Source of the DNA: a bacterium
Lineage (GTDB): Bacteria > Bacillota_I > Bacilli_A > RFN20 > CAG-826
Length of the DNA stretch: 64,000 nucleotides
Direction: 5' to 3'
NCBI GenBank assembly: GCA_963617535.1
Contig: CAVEPD010000005.1
Span: 20-64,019 of the forward strand
The notes below the pieces were generated by a model that worked only from the letters and a program-made list of their open reading frames with translations, was not told the DNA's origin and made no database searches. Position 1 is the stretch's first letter. Each line of letters starts with the position of its first letter. The translations under genes and the position numbers were made by a program. This document shows, piece after piece, positions 29,264 through 37,269 of the stretch.

Positions 29264-29600
29264 GAGTATCCGGTCCTATAAGCCATGTTTTGTCTAGGAC
29301 GGCAATTTATCTCGGCTTTCGCCGGCTCCCTTTCCTTCAGTTCAGATCGGGCGCTTCCCCTACCAAATTTGGGTTTCTCGCTTGTGGGGTTTACCTCGTT
29401 TCATCTTGATGTCGCCATCAAGCTCGTCTCTGTGGCACCTTAGGGATTCCCTTCTACGAGAGAAGTTCCTCCGCCGTCACGCGCTCCCGCGTGCCTGGGG
29501 TTATTTGTTTCCCCAGCGCAATCACTACCGCCATCGCAGGCGGTGCGAGCATGGACTTTCCTCTACCTTGCAGCAGCAGTCGTCCAGACCGGATGTAGTT
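29264..29600 (-). ncRNA. rnpB: RNase P RNA, type B (ends approximate, +/-10 nt)
   Basis: Minus strand reads GAGGAAAGTCCATGCTCGCAC ... GGTAAACCCCACAAGCGAGAAACCCAAATTTGGTAGGGGAA ... ACAAAACATGGCTTATAG. P1 pairing is ATCCGGTC/GACCGGAT. These are the universally conserved and Bacillus-type blocks. Confidence 0.92.
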
Positions 29601-29966
29601 CTATTTGTATTGGTTTGGATTAACGCCTAATTCATATAAAGCATGTTCCAAACGATCGATGCGATTGATGTATTCAAGATTGCTGGAATTCACGGTGGTA
29701 GAATCTTTGACCCCCGCTAACCTCGATTTCATCTTCGCATTGTCCAACGTCAGCTGGCTGATGCTTTCTTTCGCTTGTCGGAGTTGTCTCTCAAGGTCGA
29801 CAATGTAAGCTTTGCTCTCTTTGTAGTAGCTTTCGAAGCCGCGATAATCCTCCATAACACGATCGAGGAACTCGTCGACCTCGTTAGGATCATATCCCTT
29901 CACATTCGGCGTAAACTTTTTCTTGAGAATCGTCTCCGCGTTTAGGCTTATTGTTTTTTCTTCCAT
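29601..29966 (-). CDS. gpsB: Cell-cycle protein GpsB (DivIVA-domain)
   Basis: KKFTPNVKGYDPNEVDEFLDRVMEDY N-terminal DivIVA domain and C-terminal NLEYINRIDRLEHALY motif. Confidence 0.85.
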   Translation of the reverse strand: MEEKTISLNAETILKKKFTPNVKGYDPNEVDEFLDRVMEDYRGFESYYKESKAYIVDLERQLRQAKESISQLTLDNAKMKSRLAGVKDSTTVNSSNLEYINRIDRLEHALYELGVNPNQYK

Positions 29967-30072
29967 AAATCACGTCCTTTTGAATTATATTCAAATCGGC
30001 TCACCCTATCAACGAAAGCGCGCGAAAAATGCGCCTACAAAAGTTGTCTCATATAAAGCTATAATTCTTGCC

Positions 30073-30798
30073 GTGAAAGCCTTAGAGAAAAAACTTAGAG
30101 ACAGCAAATCCCTCATCTTCATCGATCTTGAAGGAACCCAAATTAGTCACGAGGCCATCGAAATTGGGGCGTGGAAGGTTTATTTGAAGGACGATTTGAC
30201 CGTCAAAAAGATTTTTCGCCCCTTCAAAACCTACGTAAAACCGATGCATAAGGTCGGCCCAGTCGTCACCAATATGACAGGAATCACGGACAAAAAATTA
30301 GAAGAAGAAGGCGTATCGTTCCGTTTGGCTCAGCAGGGCTTTCGGAAATACGTCGGAAGCGACTGGTATCGCAGTCTTTTCGTCGCCTATGGCAGTCAGG
30401 ACATCGTGATGTTCAAAAATTCCGTCGCGAACAATTCCGACGCTTACGTTGAAGACGTCCGTTTCATGGCTCACCACTACTTCGATTTCGCAGATTTCCT
30501 TTCTTCCTATGTCAAAGACGACAAAGGAAACGTCCTTTCTTTGGCTCACGCATGCGAGATGCTTCAAGCCCCTATGGTAGGCAAAAATCACGACGCGCTA
30601 AGCGACGCGAGAAACCTGGTGTCTTTATATTCTGCTTTCTTAGAGCAAAAGACTTTGATTGAGGAACGTTATCTCATGATTCTCTCTAGGGGCGGCGTGG
30701 CAAGTCCATCTCTAAGAAGAGCCGCAACAGCCCTAGCGAGCGGAAAAGACGTTTCGGCTCAGGATTTCCGTCAATGGATAAAGGAGGAGCTTTCGTGA
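30073..30798 (+). CDS. DEDDh-family 3'-5' exonuclease (KapD/ERI-1-like); start uncertain (GTG 30073; the ORF is open from 29923)
   Basis: Exo motifs FIDLEGT, YGSQDIVMF and HDALSDA. There is no ATG between 29923 and the first motif. TATAAT (30060-30065) lies 7 nt upstream of the GTG. Confidence 0.7.
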   Translation: MKALEKKLRDSKSLIFIDLEGTQISHEAIEIGAWKVYLKDDLTVKKIFRPFKTYVKPMHKVGPVVTNMTGITDKKLEEEGVSFRLAQQGFRKYVGSDWYRSLFVAYGSQDIVMFKNSVANNSDAYVEDVRFMAHHYFDFADFLSSYVKDDKGNVLSLAHACEMLQAPMVGKNHDALSDARNLVSLYSAFLEQKTLIEERYLMILSRGGVASPSLRRAATALASGKDVSAQDFRQWIKEELS

Positions 30799-31391
30799 AT
30801 TATCCTCCGGGAGTAAAACCTTTTGGAATAAAAAACTCCGCAAAAACCAAATCAAATTTCAAAAAGAGCCCTGTTTTAGCAGGAAACAGGGGTATGAGTT
30901 TCGAAACGGATATTAACGAATCGAATGCCTATTATCGAGACCGTGGACTCTGTTTGATCACGAAAAGGCCGACTCCTATCAACGTAGTCAAAGTTGATTA
31001 CACGCATGGTGCAATCATCACTCAGGCCTATTTCGAAACCCAATCCACCACAGACTACAACGGCGTATGCGAAGGCCACTACATTGACTTCGAGGCCAAA
31101 AGCACGCGCAGCAAAACCTCTTTTCCTCTTGCCAATATTCCCGCCCAGCAGATTGAGCATCTCAAAAAAGTATTGGAACAAAAGGGCATTGCCTTCTTTC
31201 TGATTCACTTTGAATTGCTAGGAAAAACTTTTTTAGTCCCCGCCTCTGTTGTCATTTCTTTCTATGAGGAAAGGCCAAGAGCTTCGATGACTTTGAAGTT
31301 CATAGAAGAAAACGGCAGATTAATCCCAGAAACATTCTCGCCCCGTTACGATTACTTGCCGGTTTTAAAAGAGCTCTTCTTCTCAAAATAA
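30795..31391 (+). CDS. recU: Holliday junction resolvase RecU
   Basis: AAGGAGG lies 7 nt upstream of the GTG at 30795. NYPPG..., GMSFETDIN and DFEAKST catalytic region typical of RecU. Confidence 0.9.
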   Translation: MNYPPGVKPFGIKNSAKTKSNFKKSPVLAGNRGMSFETDINESNAYYRDRGLCLITKRPTPINVVKVDYTHGAIITQAYFETQSTTDYNGVCEGHYIDFEAKSTRSKTSFPLANIPAQQIEHLKKVLEQKGIAFFLIHFELLGKTFLVPASVVISFYEERPRASMTLKFIEENGRLIPETFSPRYDYLPVLKELFFSK

Positions 31392-32005
31392 TGGCATTCG
31401 CTTTGCAAGAAGCACCGCGCGCACTCCGGATTTCTCGCATGGCAAATGTCGCGGCCGAAATCAATGAAGCAGTGATGGAGTTTCGCTTGATCCTCTTTGT
31501 CGAAATAAGACTCAAGCTTCTTTTCAATACCGATGGGTTCCAAACCTTCTTTTGCTAAGCCAAGACGAACGGAGATCCTAGCCACGTGAGTATCCACGGG
31601 AAAAGAAGGCGCCCCAAAAGACTCCATTAAGACAACTCTAGCCGTTTTATTGCCAACTCCAGGCAAAGATACGAGGGTTTTGTAATCGTTAGGAATTTTT
31701 CCACCTAACTTATTCGAGATGAAAATAGCAAGGTTTTGCAGGTTTTTTGCTTTGTTTTTATATAATCCAAGGGAATGGATGCAATTTTGTAGATCCGTTA
31801 AATCCGCTTTCGCTAAAGCATCGATGTTTGGGTATTTTGCAAATAGATTTGGCGTGACTTTGTTCACCTTCTCATCGGTGCATTGAGCGGATAGCAAGAC
31901 CGCTACAAGGCACTCATAAGGAGAATGGAAAACAAGCGAGCATTTCGCGTCTGGATAATGGGTTTTGAAGGAAGATGAAAGAAATTCGATTTTACTTTTC
32001 TTCAT
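31352..32005 (-). CDS. nth: Endonuclease III
   Basis: HhH-GPD (LPGVGNKTA, VDTHV) and 4Fe-4S loop C-x6-C-x2-C-x5-C at the C-terminus. The ATG at 32005 is preferred over the TTG at 32035. Confidence 0.9.
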   Translation of the reverse strand: MKKSKIEFLSSSFKTHYPDAKCSLVFHSPYECLVAVLLSAQCTDEKVNKVTPNLFAKYPNIDALAKADLTDLQNCIHSLGLYKNKAKNLQNLAIFISNKLGGKIPNDYKTLVSLPGVGNKTARVVLMESFGAPSFPVDTHVARISVRLGLAKEGLEPIGIEKKLESYFDKEDQAKLHHCFIDFGRDICHARNPECARCFLQSECHYFEKKSSFKTGK

Positions 32006-32657
32006 CTTCTTTCCACTTTTGCTTTGCAAGCTCAATGGTACGTTCGATGTCTTTGTCCCAATAATCGGAAACGCCCGTATAGCCTTCTTTGGCGATGTCG
32101 TCGCTTCCCCTGCGAGTGCGAAGCTCTTTGTCTACGGATTTGATGGTTTTCTTGCCTTTGCTTATTGCCGTCTCCAAAGCGTCTTCGATGGCCTCTTCGC
32201 TATAGGCATCGTCAAGCCAAGTATCGATCATGTCGTTTTCCAAAGGGGAGAGCGTGCGATTCAACCTCTTTTCAAAATAAGCGTAAAGCCGAGCGAGCTT
32301 CTCGCTTTTCTCCGCGGAGTTCAGGCTGGCCTTTGCTCTAGAGATATCGGACTGGAACTGCGAATAGAGTTTCTTCTTCAGAGGCTCTAGGCTAGTCCTC
32401 ATTTTGCCGTCGATCGTTTCATAGGAAAGATAGCCTTCTTTCATAAGGGACGCCAACAGCTCATCGCATTTAGCGGCCTTAAAGCCCATCTTGAGGGAAA
32501 GCAAATCACCCGTGATCAAATAATTGCCCCCGCGTAAAAGATGGTCCACCATCAAGAGGGTAATGACTTTTTCCTCGGGGATGCCGAGGCGTTTGTAGTT
32601 TTCAAGCAGGAGGTAGCGGAAGTCAACCGCGTCCATGGAAACGTTTGTCGGATACAT
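31992..32657 (-). CDS. dnaD: DnaD-domain replication initiation / chromosome remodelling protein
   Basis: N-terminal winged helix and C-terminal DnaD/DnaB-type domain (LSPLENDMIDTWL). Sits upstream of nth, as in B. subtilis. Confidence 0.8.
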   Translation of the reverse strand: MYPTNVSMDAVDFRYLLLENYKRLGIPEEKVITLLMVDHLLRGGNYLITGDLLSLKMGFKAAKCDELLASLMKEGYLSYETIDGKMRTSLEPLKKKLYSQFQSDISRAKASLNSAEKSEKLARLYAYFEKRLNRTLSPLENDMIDTWLDDAYSEEAIEDALETAISKGKKTIKSVDKELRTRRGSDDIAKEGYTGVSDYWDKDIERTIELAKQKWKEDEEK

Positions 32658-32669
32658 AACAGTTCTATT

Positions 32670-33272
32670 CTAACCCTTTTTCTCTTCGCTCTTCACTTTC
32701 TCTGGATTGAGTTTCTCTAAAAGGTAACGATTGCCATCCATTGCCTTTTGGCTCTCTTCCTCAATTTGAAAGCCTAGGCGCCTAGCGAAGCGTTCAGCGC
32801 GAAGGATACGAAGGGGGTCTTCTTTCACTCTGACCTCTGGATCTCCGATAAAGCGAATCGTTTTGCTTCGAAGATCCTCAAGACCGTGATGGAAATCAAG
32901 AACCTTTCCCTCATCATTTATATAAAGAGCATTTATCGTGAAATCCCTACGTTCGCTGTCTTTTTCTGCGGAAGTGACGAATTTGATGTAGGAAGGGTGG
33001 CGGAAATCCAGATATTCCCCTTCTTCGCGGAAGGTGGTGATGTCCACTTCCGTCCCTTGCTCCTTCAGCTTGATAGACCCAAATTTTGCAAAGGCGTAAT
33101 CCGCCTCAGGGATAAAAGCCCTCTCTTCTTCTGGAGTAGCGTCCGTAACAAAATCAAAATCGCTAGGAAGCTGACCCAGCAAAATGTCCCTGCTCGTGCC
33201 GCCAACCATATAAAGGGAATACCCATGTTCCTTATACAAGCGAGCATATTTCTGAAAGAGGAATAAATCCAT
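32670..33272 (-). CDS. Class-II tRNA nucleotidyltransferase/poly(A) polymerase head-neck domain protein, half the normal size (200 aa)
   Basis: GGTSRD (motif A), RRDFTINA (motif B) and EDPLRILRAERF (motif D). The ORF ends about 40 aa after motif D. An extended -10 (TGCTATCAT) lies 7 nt upstream of the ATG at 33272. Confidence 0.75.
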   Translation of the reverse strand: MDLFLFQKYARLYKEHGYSLYMVGGTSRDILLGQLPSDFDFVTDATPEEERAFIPEADYAFAKFGSIKLKEQGTEVDITTFREEGEYLDFRHPSYIKFVTSAEKDSERRDFTINALYINDEGKVLDFHHGLEDLRSKTIRFIGDPEVRVKEDPLRILRAERFARRLGFQIEEESQKAMDGNRYLLEKLNPEKVKSEEKKG

Positions 33273-33330
33273 GGGAATGATGATAGCACCAAACGAATTG
33301 TCCACGGGGCCTTAACGCTTTATCAGCCTA

Positions 33331-33356
33331 AAGAAAAGCGCCCCCGCAGGGGCGCC
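33331..33356 (-). terminator. Rho-independent terminator of the HU gene
   Basis: On the minus strand: GGCGCCCC-TGC-GGGGGCGC followed by TTTTCTT. Confidence 0.8.
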
Positions 33357-33373
33357 AGAGATTCAATAAGTGA

Positions 33374-33646
33374 TTACTGAAGCTTTTCTTTGAGGGTCTT
33401 CGAGGGTTTGAAGACGATGGTCTCACGGGCAGGGATTTCAATCTTGGTGCCATCGGTGGGATTGGTGCCGGTGCGAGCGGCGCGGGTCTTCTTTTCGAAG
33501 TTTCCGAAGCCGGAGAGCTTCACGATTTCACCAGCGGTGAGCTTGTCGACGATGATGTCGATGGCGCCTTCAACGACGGCCTCGGCATCGCGGACAGAGA
33601 CTTCAGCTTTGTCGGCAACGGCTTTTACGAGATCAGCTTTGTTCAT
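33374..33646 (-). CDS. hup: DNA-binding protein HU
   Basis: MNKADLV...GFGNFEKKTRAARTGTNP..., a canonical HU of 90 aa. Confidence 0.95.
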   Translation of the reverse strand: MNKADLVKAVADKAEVSVRDAEAVVEGAIDIIVDKLTAGEIVKLSGFGNFEKKTRAARTGTNPTDGTKIEIPARETIVFKPSKTLKEKLQ

Positions 33647-33851
33647 TGGGTTTCCTCCTCATTGCTAAATCTTGACCATAAGTTAACACGTCATCGAAAC
33701 TTTTGCAAAACTTTTTTTATTTTTCATTGACGTGTAGTGTCAATTTATTGCTGATTTTTTAACGGAATTTTTCTTTAAAATTTATACAACGTATAAATAA
33801 TCATGAGATTCTTAACATATTATGTTAAAGGCAAATCATGTGTAAGCCCTT

Positions 33852-35156
33852 TCATTTTCTCATGCGGTAGAGAATCGAAATTGGTGTGCCCGAAAAATCA
33901 AATGAATCTCTGAGGCGATTTTCGAGGTATCTCGTGTATGAGAAATGGGCGAAACTGGGGTTATTGCAGAACATGACGAAGGTCGGAGGATTCACGCTGA
34001 CTTGGTTCGAGAAGAGAATCTTAAGTCTACCGTGATTGAACTCCGGGGTGGGGTTCATCATCTGAGCGTCTTGGATAATCTCATTAAGCACGGAAGTCGG
34101 AACACGCCTATTGCATCCTTCATAGGCCTTTTCAATCGCAGGAAGGATCTTTTCAATCCCTTTCCCCGTCTTCGCCGAGACGAAGATGATCTCCGCGAAG
34201 TCAAGGAACTTGAAGCGCGATTTGATTTCCTGCTCAAACGTCCCCTGCTCCAAGCCCTTGGGAGCGAGGTCCCATTTGTTGACGACAAGGACGATTCCCT
34301 TTTTTGCTTCTAAGGCATAGCCGGAAACATGTCTATCTTGATCGAGGATGCCCGTAGAAGCATCGATGACCACCACCGCAATCTGGCTGCGGTCAATCGC
34401 GGCCAAGGAACGAATCGCCGCGTACTTATCAATCGCTTCATAAATGCGGCCGCGCTTATTCAAGCCCGCCGTATCAATCGCGACGTAATTTTTGCCTTCG
34501 CTCGAGAATGGGGTATCAATCGAATCTCTCGTCGTCCCAGCGATGTCGCTCACGATGACGCGGTCTTGTCCAAGGAGAGCATTCGTAATAGAAGACTTTC
34601 CGACGTTCGGCCTGCCGATTAAGCTAAAAGTGATCGCGGATCCGTAATCGATGTCTTCTTTTTCGGGGATTCGGGCAACGATCTGATCTAGGACATCGCC
34701 AATACCGATGCCGTGGGCGCCTGAAACGGGAATCGGATCTCCTAAACCAAGAGAATAAAACTCTTGGGCATCGCTAAGACGGTCCGCGTTATCAACTTTA
34801 TTAACAGCCAAAATCACGGGCTTGCCGGACTTATAAAGCATTTTTGCGACAACTCTATCATCCCCAGTCACGCCAAGTTTGCCATCCACCACAAAGACGA
34901 TGACGTCAGCTTCTTCGATTGCGATCTCGGCCTGAGCCCTGATTTGAACTTGGAAAGGACGGTTGGCGATTTCCACGCCACCGGTATCCACGATTTTAAA
35001 TTTTCGCGTCAGCCATTCGCCCGTGCCATAAAGGCGGTCACGGGTTACGCCTGGAGTGTCTTCGACAATCGAAAGGCGTGAGCCAACAATGCGGTTAAAT
35101 ATAGTCGATTTGCCAACATTCGGCGCCCCGACCAAGGCAATTAAAGGAAGGCTCAT
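33852..35156 (-). CDS. der: Ribosome-associated GTPase Der (EngA)
   Basis: Two tandem G domains (GAPNVGKST and GRPNVGKSS) plus a KH-like C-terminal domain. Confidence 0.95.
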   Translation of the reverse strand: MSLPLIALVGAPNVGKSTIFNRIVGSRLSIVEDTPGVTRDRLYGTGEWLTRKFKIVDTGGVEIANRPFQVQIRAQAEIAIEEADVIVFVVDGKLGVTGDDRVVAKMLYKSGKPVILAVNKVDNADRLSDAQEFYSLGLGDPIPVSGAHGIGIGDVLDQIVARIPEKEDIDYGSAITFSLIGRPNVGKSSITNALLGQDRVIVSDIAGTTRDSIDTPFSSEGKNYVAIDTAGLNKRGRIYEAIDKYAAIRSLAAIDRSQIAVVVIDASTGILDQDRHVSGYALEAKKGIVLVVNKWDLAPKGLEQGTFEQEIKSRFKFLDFAEIIFVSAKTGKGIEKILPAIEKAYEGCNRRVPTSVLNEIIQDAQMMNPTPEFNHGRLKILFSNQVSVNPPTFVMFCNNPSFAHFSYTRYLENRLRDSFDFSGTPISILYRMRK

Positions 35157-35158
35157 AC

Positions 35159-35821
35159 TTACGCTCCTAGTTTCTCTTTGACAATGCCTAGAATCGCATC
35201 AACCACTTCATCAATCGACATTGTAGAAGTATCGAGTTCCACTGCGTCTTTGTCTTTCATGAGGGGATCGAAGTCGCGATGGGAATCGATGTAATCCCTT
35301 TGCCTCACATTAGCTTCCACCTCTTCCAAAGAGGTTTTGATCCCCTTGGAAAGATTCTCGTCGTAGCGGCGTTTCGCACGCGTTTCGACCGAGGCAATTT
35401 GGAAGATCTTCACCTGAGCGTTTGGCAGGACATAGCTGCCGATGTCGCGGCCGTCCATAACAACATTTTGTTTCGAGGCGAGCTCTCTTTGAAGATTAAT
35501 AAGCTCTAAGCGAATTGCTTTATAAGAGGCGATGTAGGAAACGTTGCTAGAAACTGCGTTCTCACGAATGGGTTTGGAGACGTCCTCGTCGTTGCAAATG
35601 ACGCGGCCATCCTCAGTCAGCTCGATTTTGACCTTTCCCACCAAAGAACAAGAGGCTTGCTCATCTTGAGGGTCAAGCCCAGCTTTGATTACGGCATAAG
35701 TAAAAGCCCGATACATCGCGCCGGTATCGATGTAGACGTAGCCAAGACGCTTCGCGACGATTTTCGCGACGGTGCTTTTCCCCGCCGCGGCAGGTCCGTC
35801 GATAGCAATGGAAATGAACAT
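35159..35821 (-). CDS. cmk: Cytidylate kinase
   Basis: IAIDGPAAAGKST P-loop and CMP-kinase layout. Confidence 0.92.
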   Translation of the reverse strand: MFISIAIDGPAAAGKSTVAKIVAKRLGYVYIDTGAMYRAFTYAVIKAGLDPQDEQASCSLVGKVKIELTEDGRVICNDEDVSKPIRENAVSSNVSYIASYKAIRLELINLQRELASKQNVVMDGRDIGSYVLPNAQVKIFQIASVETRAKRRYDENLSKGIKTSLEEVEANVRQRDYIDSHRDFDPLMKDKDAVELDTSTMSIDEVVDAILGIVKEKLGA

Positions 35822-35824
35822 GAA

Positions 35825-36091
35825 TTAAACCTTCCTTCCTTGGAGCAAGAAAAACCAGACGATGAATCCAACGATAAGTAAGGCGAACGTGCCAAGGAGG
35901 ATTAAAGTTCTTTTTCTTAAACGCTTCGCATAGAGATAATAAGGGCTATTTTTGCCCAAGGGGGCATCATCTTCTAGTTCCACCTTTTGGGGAGAAGCAG
36001 AAAGTTTGGCCTTGGCCTGAGGGAACGATTCTTCCGCCATATGACGGATTTCTTCTCGGTACTTCCGATATTTCTCCATGCGCGTTTCCAT
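35825..36091 (-). CDS. Small single-TM protein, function unknown (alternative start 36079)
   Basis: Charged N-terminal half and a C-terminal TM (LILLGTFALLIVGFIVWFFLL). The upstream half of the 199-aa ORF is antisense to the ferredoxin gene and was discarded. Confidence 0.5.
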   Translation of the reverse strand: METRMEKYRKYREEIRHMAEESFPQAKAKLSASPQKVELEDDAPLGKNSPYYLYAKRLRKRTLILLGTFALLIVGFIVWFFLLQGRKV

Positions 36092-36211
36092 GGCGTTTAT
36101 TCTAAAAGAATAGAATCGCTTTTTGAACCCGTAAGGAAGCCCTTTTTTCCGCTTGTTGCCTTTCTTGCGGTCGGCTTTTATAATTGCAAAGATTTTTGGA
36201 GGAAAATCAAA

Positions 36212-36397
36212 ATGGCTAACAAGAAAGCGAAAGTTGACCAGGACACCTGCATTGGCTGCGGTCTTTGCGTCGGCTGCCACAGCTCGATCTTCGAGTTCAA
36301 TGACGACGGCAAAGCCGCTGTTGTTGCGGACGGCGACGAGGCTGAAGTTGACGATGCCATCGCCAACTGCCCTGTCCAAGCGATCAGCGAAGAATAA
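36212..36397 (+). CDS. fer: Small 4Fe-4S ferredoxin
   Basis: SD GGAGGA lies 8 nt upstream of the ATG. CIGCGLC...C and ...CP motif, acidic, 61 aa. Confidence 0.85.
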   Translation: MANKKAKVDQDTCIGCGLCVGCHSSIFEFNDDGKAAVVADGDEAEVDDAIANCPVQAISEE

Positions 36398-36407
36398 GGC
36401 AAAGCCT

Positions 36408-36445
36408 AAAAACCGGCCGGTCAATCCTGCCGGTTTTTATTTTTG
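36408..36445. terminator. Bidirectional terminator (ferredoxin / parB convergent ends)
   Basis: AAAA-ACCGGC-(11-nt loop)-GCCGGT-TTTTATTTTT. Confidence 0.7.
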
Positions 36446-37269
36446 CAAAAACTCCGCAAAAATTCGTCTTTTGCCTCTTTTGATGAGAATTTCAGTTTTA
36501 CCGAATTCCCTGCAATTTCAAGGGATTTTAAATTGGGGATATCGTAGTCTTCCGTGGACGCCTGGCCTTCAAGGCCTTTCTTTTTATTTGCAACATAATG
36601 CTCAGTCTCACGGACAGAAAGCTTTGACTCGTGGATGATTTTAGCCATTTCGCTCATCTCTTCTTGGCTTAAAGAAGCAATGGCTTTCGCGTGTCCATAG
36701 CTAAGTTTCCCTAGGCTTACTTCTTCTTGAAGCTCGGGGCTAAGGCGAAGCAAGCGCATCGCATTGGTGATTTGGCAACGCGATTGATGGGAAAGGGAAG
36801 CGAGCATTTGCTGCGTGTAGCCGAATTTCTTTTGCAAAGCGGAGCAAATCAGCGCCATCTCGAGAACATTGCTTTCCCTTTGGTCGCGATTGTCTGCAAG
36901 GAGAGTCAGAAGTTCCTCTTCTTCCCCCATTTCTTTTATGACACACGGCAAGGAGACGAGGCCGGCTTTCTTCGCGCCCAGAAATCTCTTGCGTCCAAGC
37001 ACGATTTCAAATCTTTCTCCGTTTGGAGTCACTACAAGCGGATTGAAGATGCCTTTTTCGCGTAGAGTCGAAGCAAAATACTCAACGATAGGTTTCGCAA
37101 TTTTAACCTTGGAAATAAAATGGTTGTCATCAATCGAAGCAACGGGAACTAGTTTAGCAGGAGCGTTTTGGTACTCCTTCTCCATCTCGGCGATGACATC
37201 GTTTTGAGAGAACTTCTCAATGAGCTCGCTTAAGTTTGAGGAAAGATGCCTTTTCTCATCACTCCTCAT
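36421..37269 (-). CDS. parB: Chromosome partitioning protein ParB/Spo0J
   Basis: ParB N-terminal box (LGRKRFLGAKKAG), HTH region, 282 aa, downstream of parA. Confidence 0.9.
   Translation of the reverse strand: MRSDEKRHLSSNLSELIEKFSQNDVIAEMEKEYQNAPAKLVPVASIDDNHFISKVKIAKPIVEYFASTLREKGIFNPLVVTPNGERFEIVLGRKRFLGAKKAGLVSLPCVIKEMGEEEELLTLLADNRDQRESNVLEMALICSALQKKFGYTQQMLASLSHQSRCQITNAMRLLRLSPELQEEVSLGKLSYGHAKAIASLSQEEMSEMAKIIHESKLSVRETEHYVANKKKGLEGQASTEDYDIPNLKSLEIAGNSVKLKFSSKEAKDEFLRSFCKNKNRQD

Noticed and set aside
29382-29630. An 82-aa plus-strand ORF between pgsA and gpsB.
   Set aside because: The region is RNase P RNA on the opposite strand, with conserved ribozyme blocks present.
36092-36424. 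The N-terminal two thirds of the 199-aa minus-strand ORF (35825-36424).
   Set aside because: This part is antisense to a well-supported ferredoxin gene with SD and Cys motifs. Only the distal part, starting at the ATG at 36091 or 36079, looks like a real small membrane protein.
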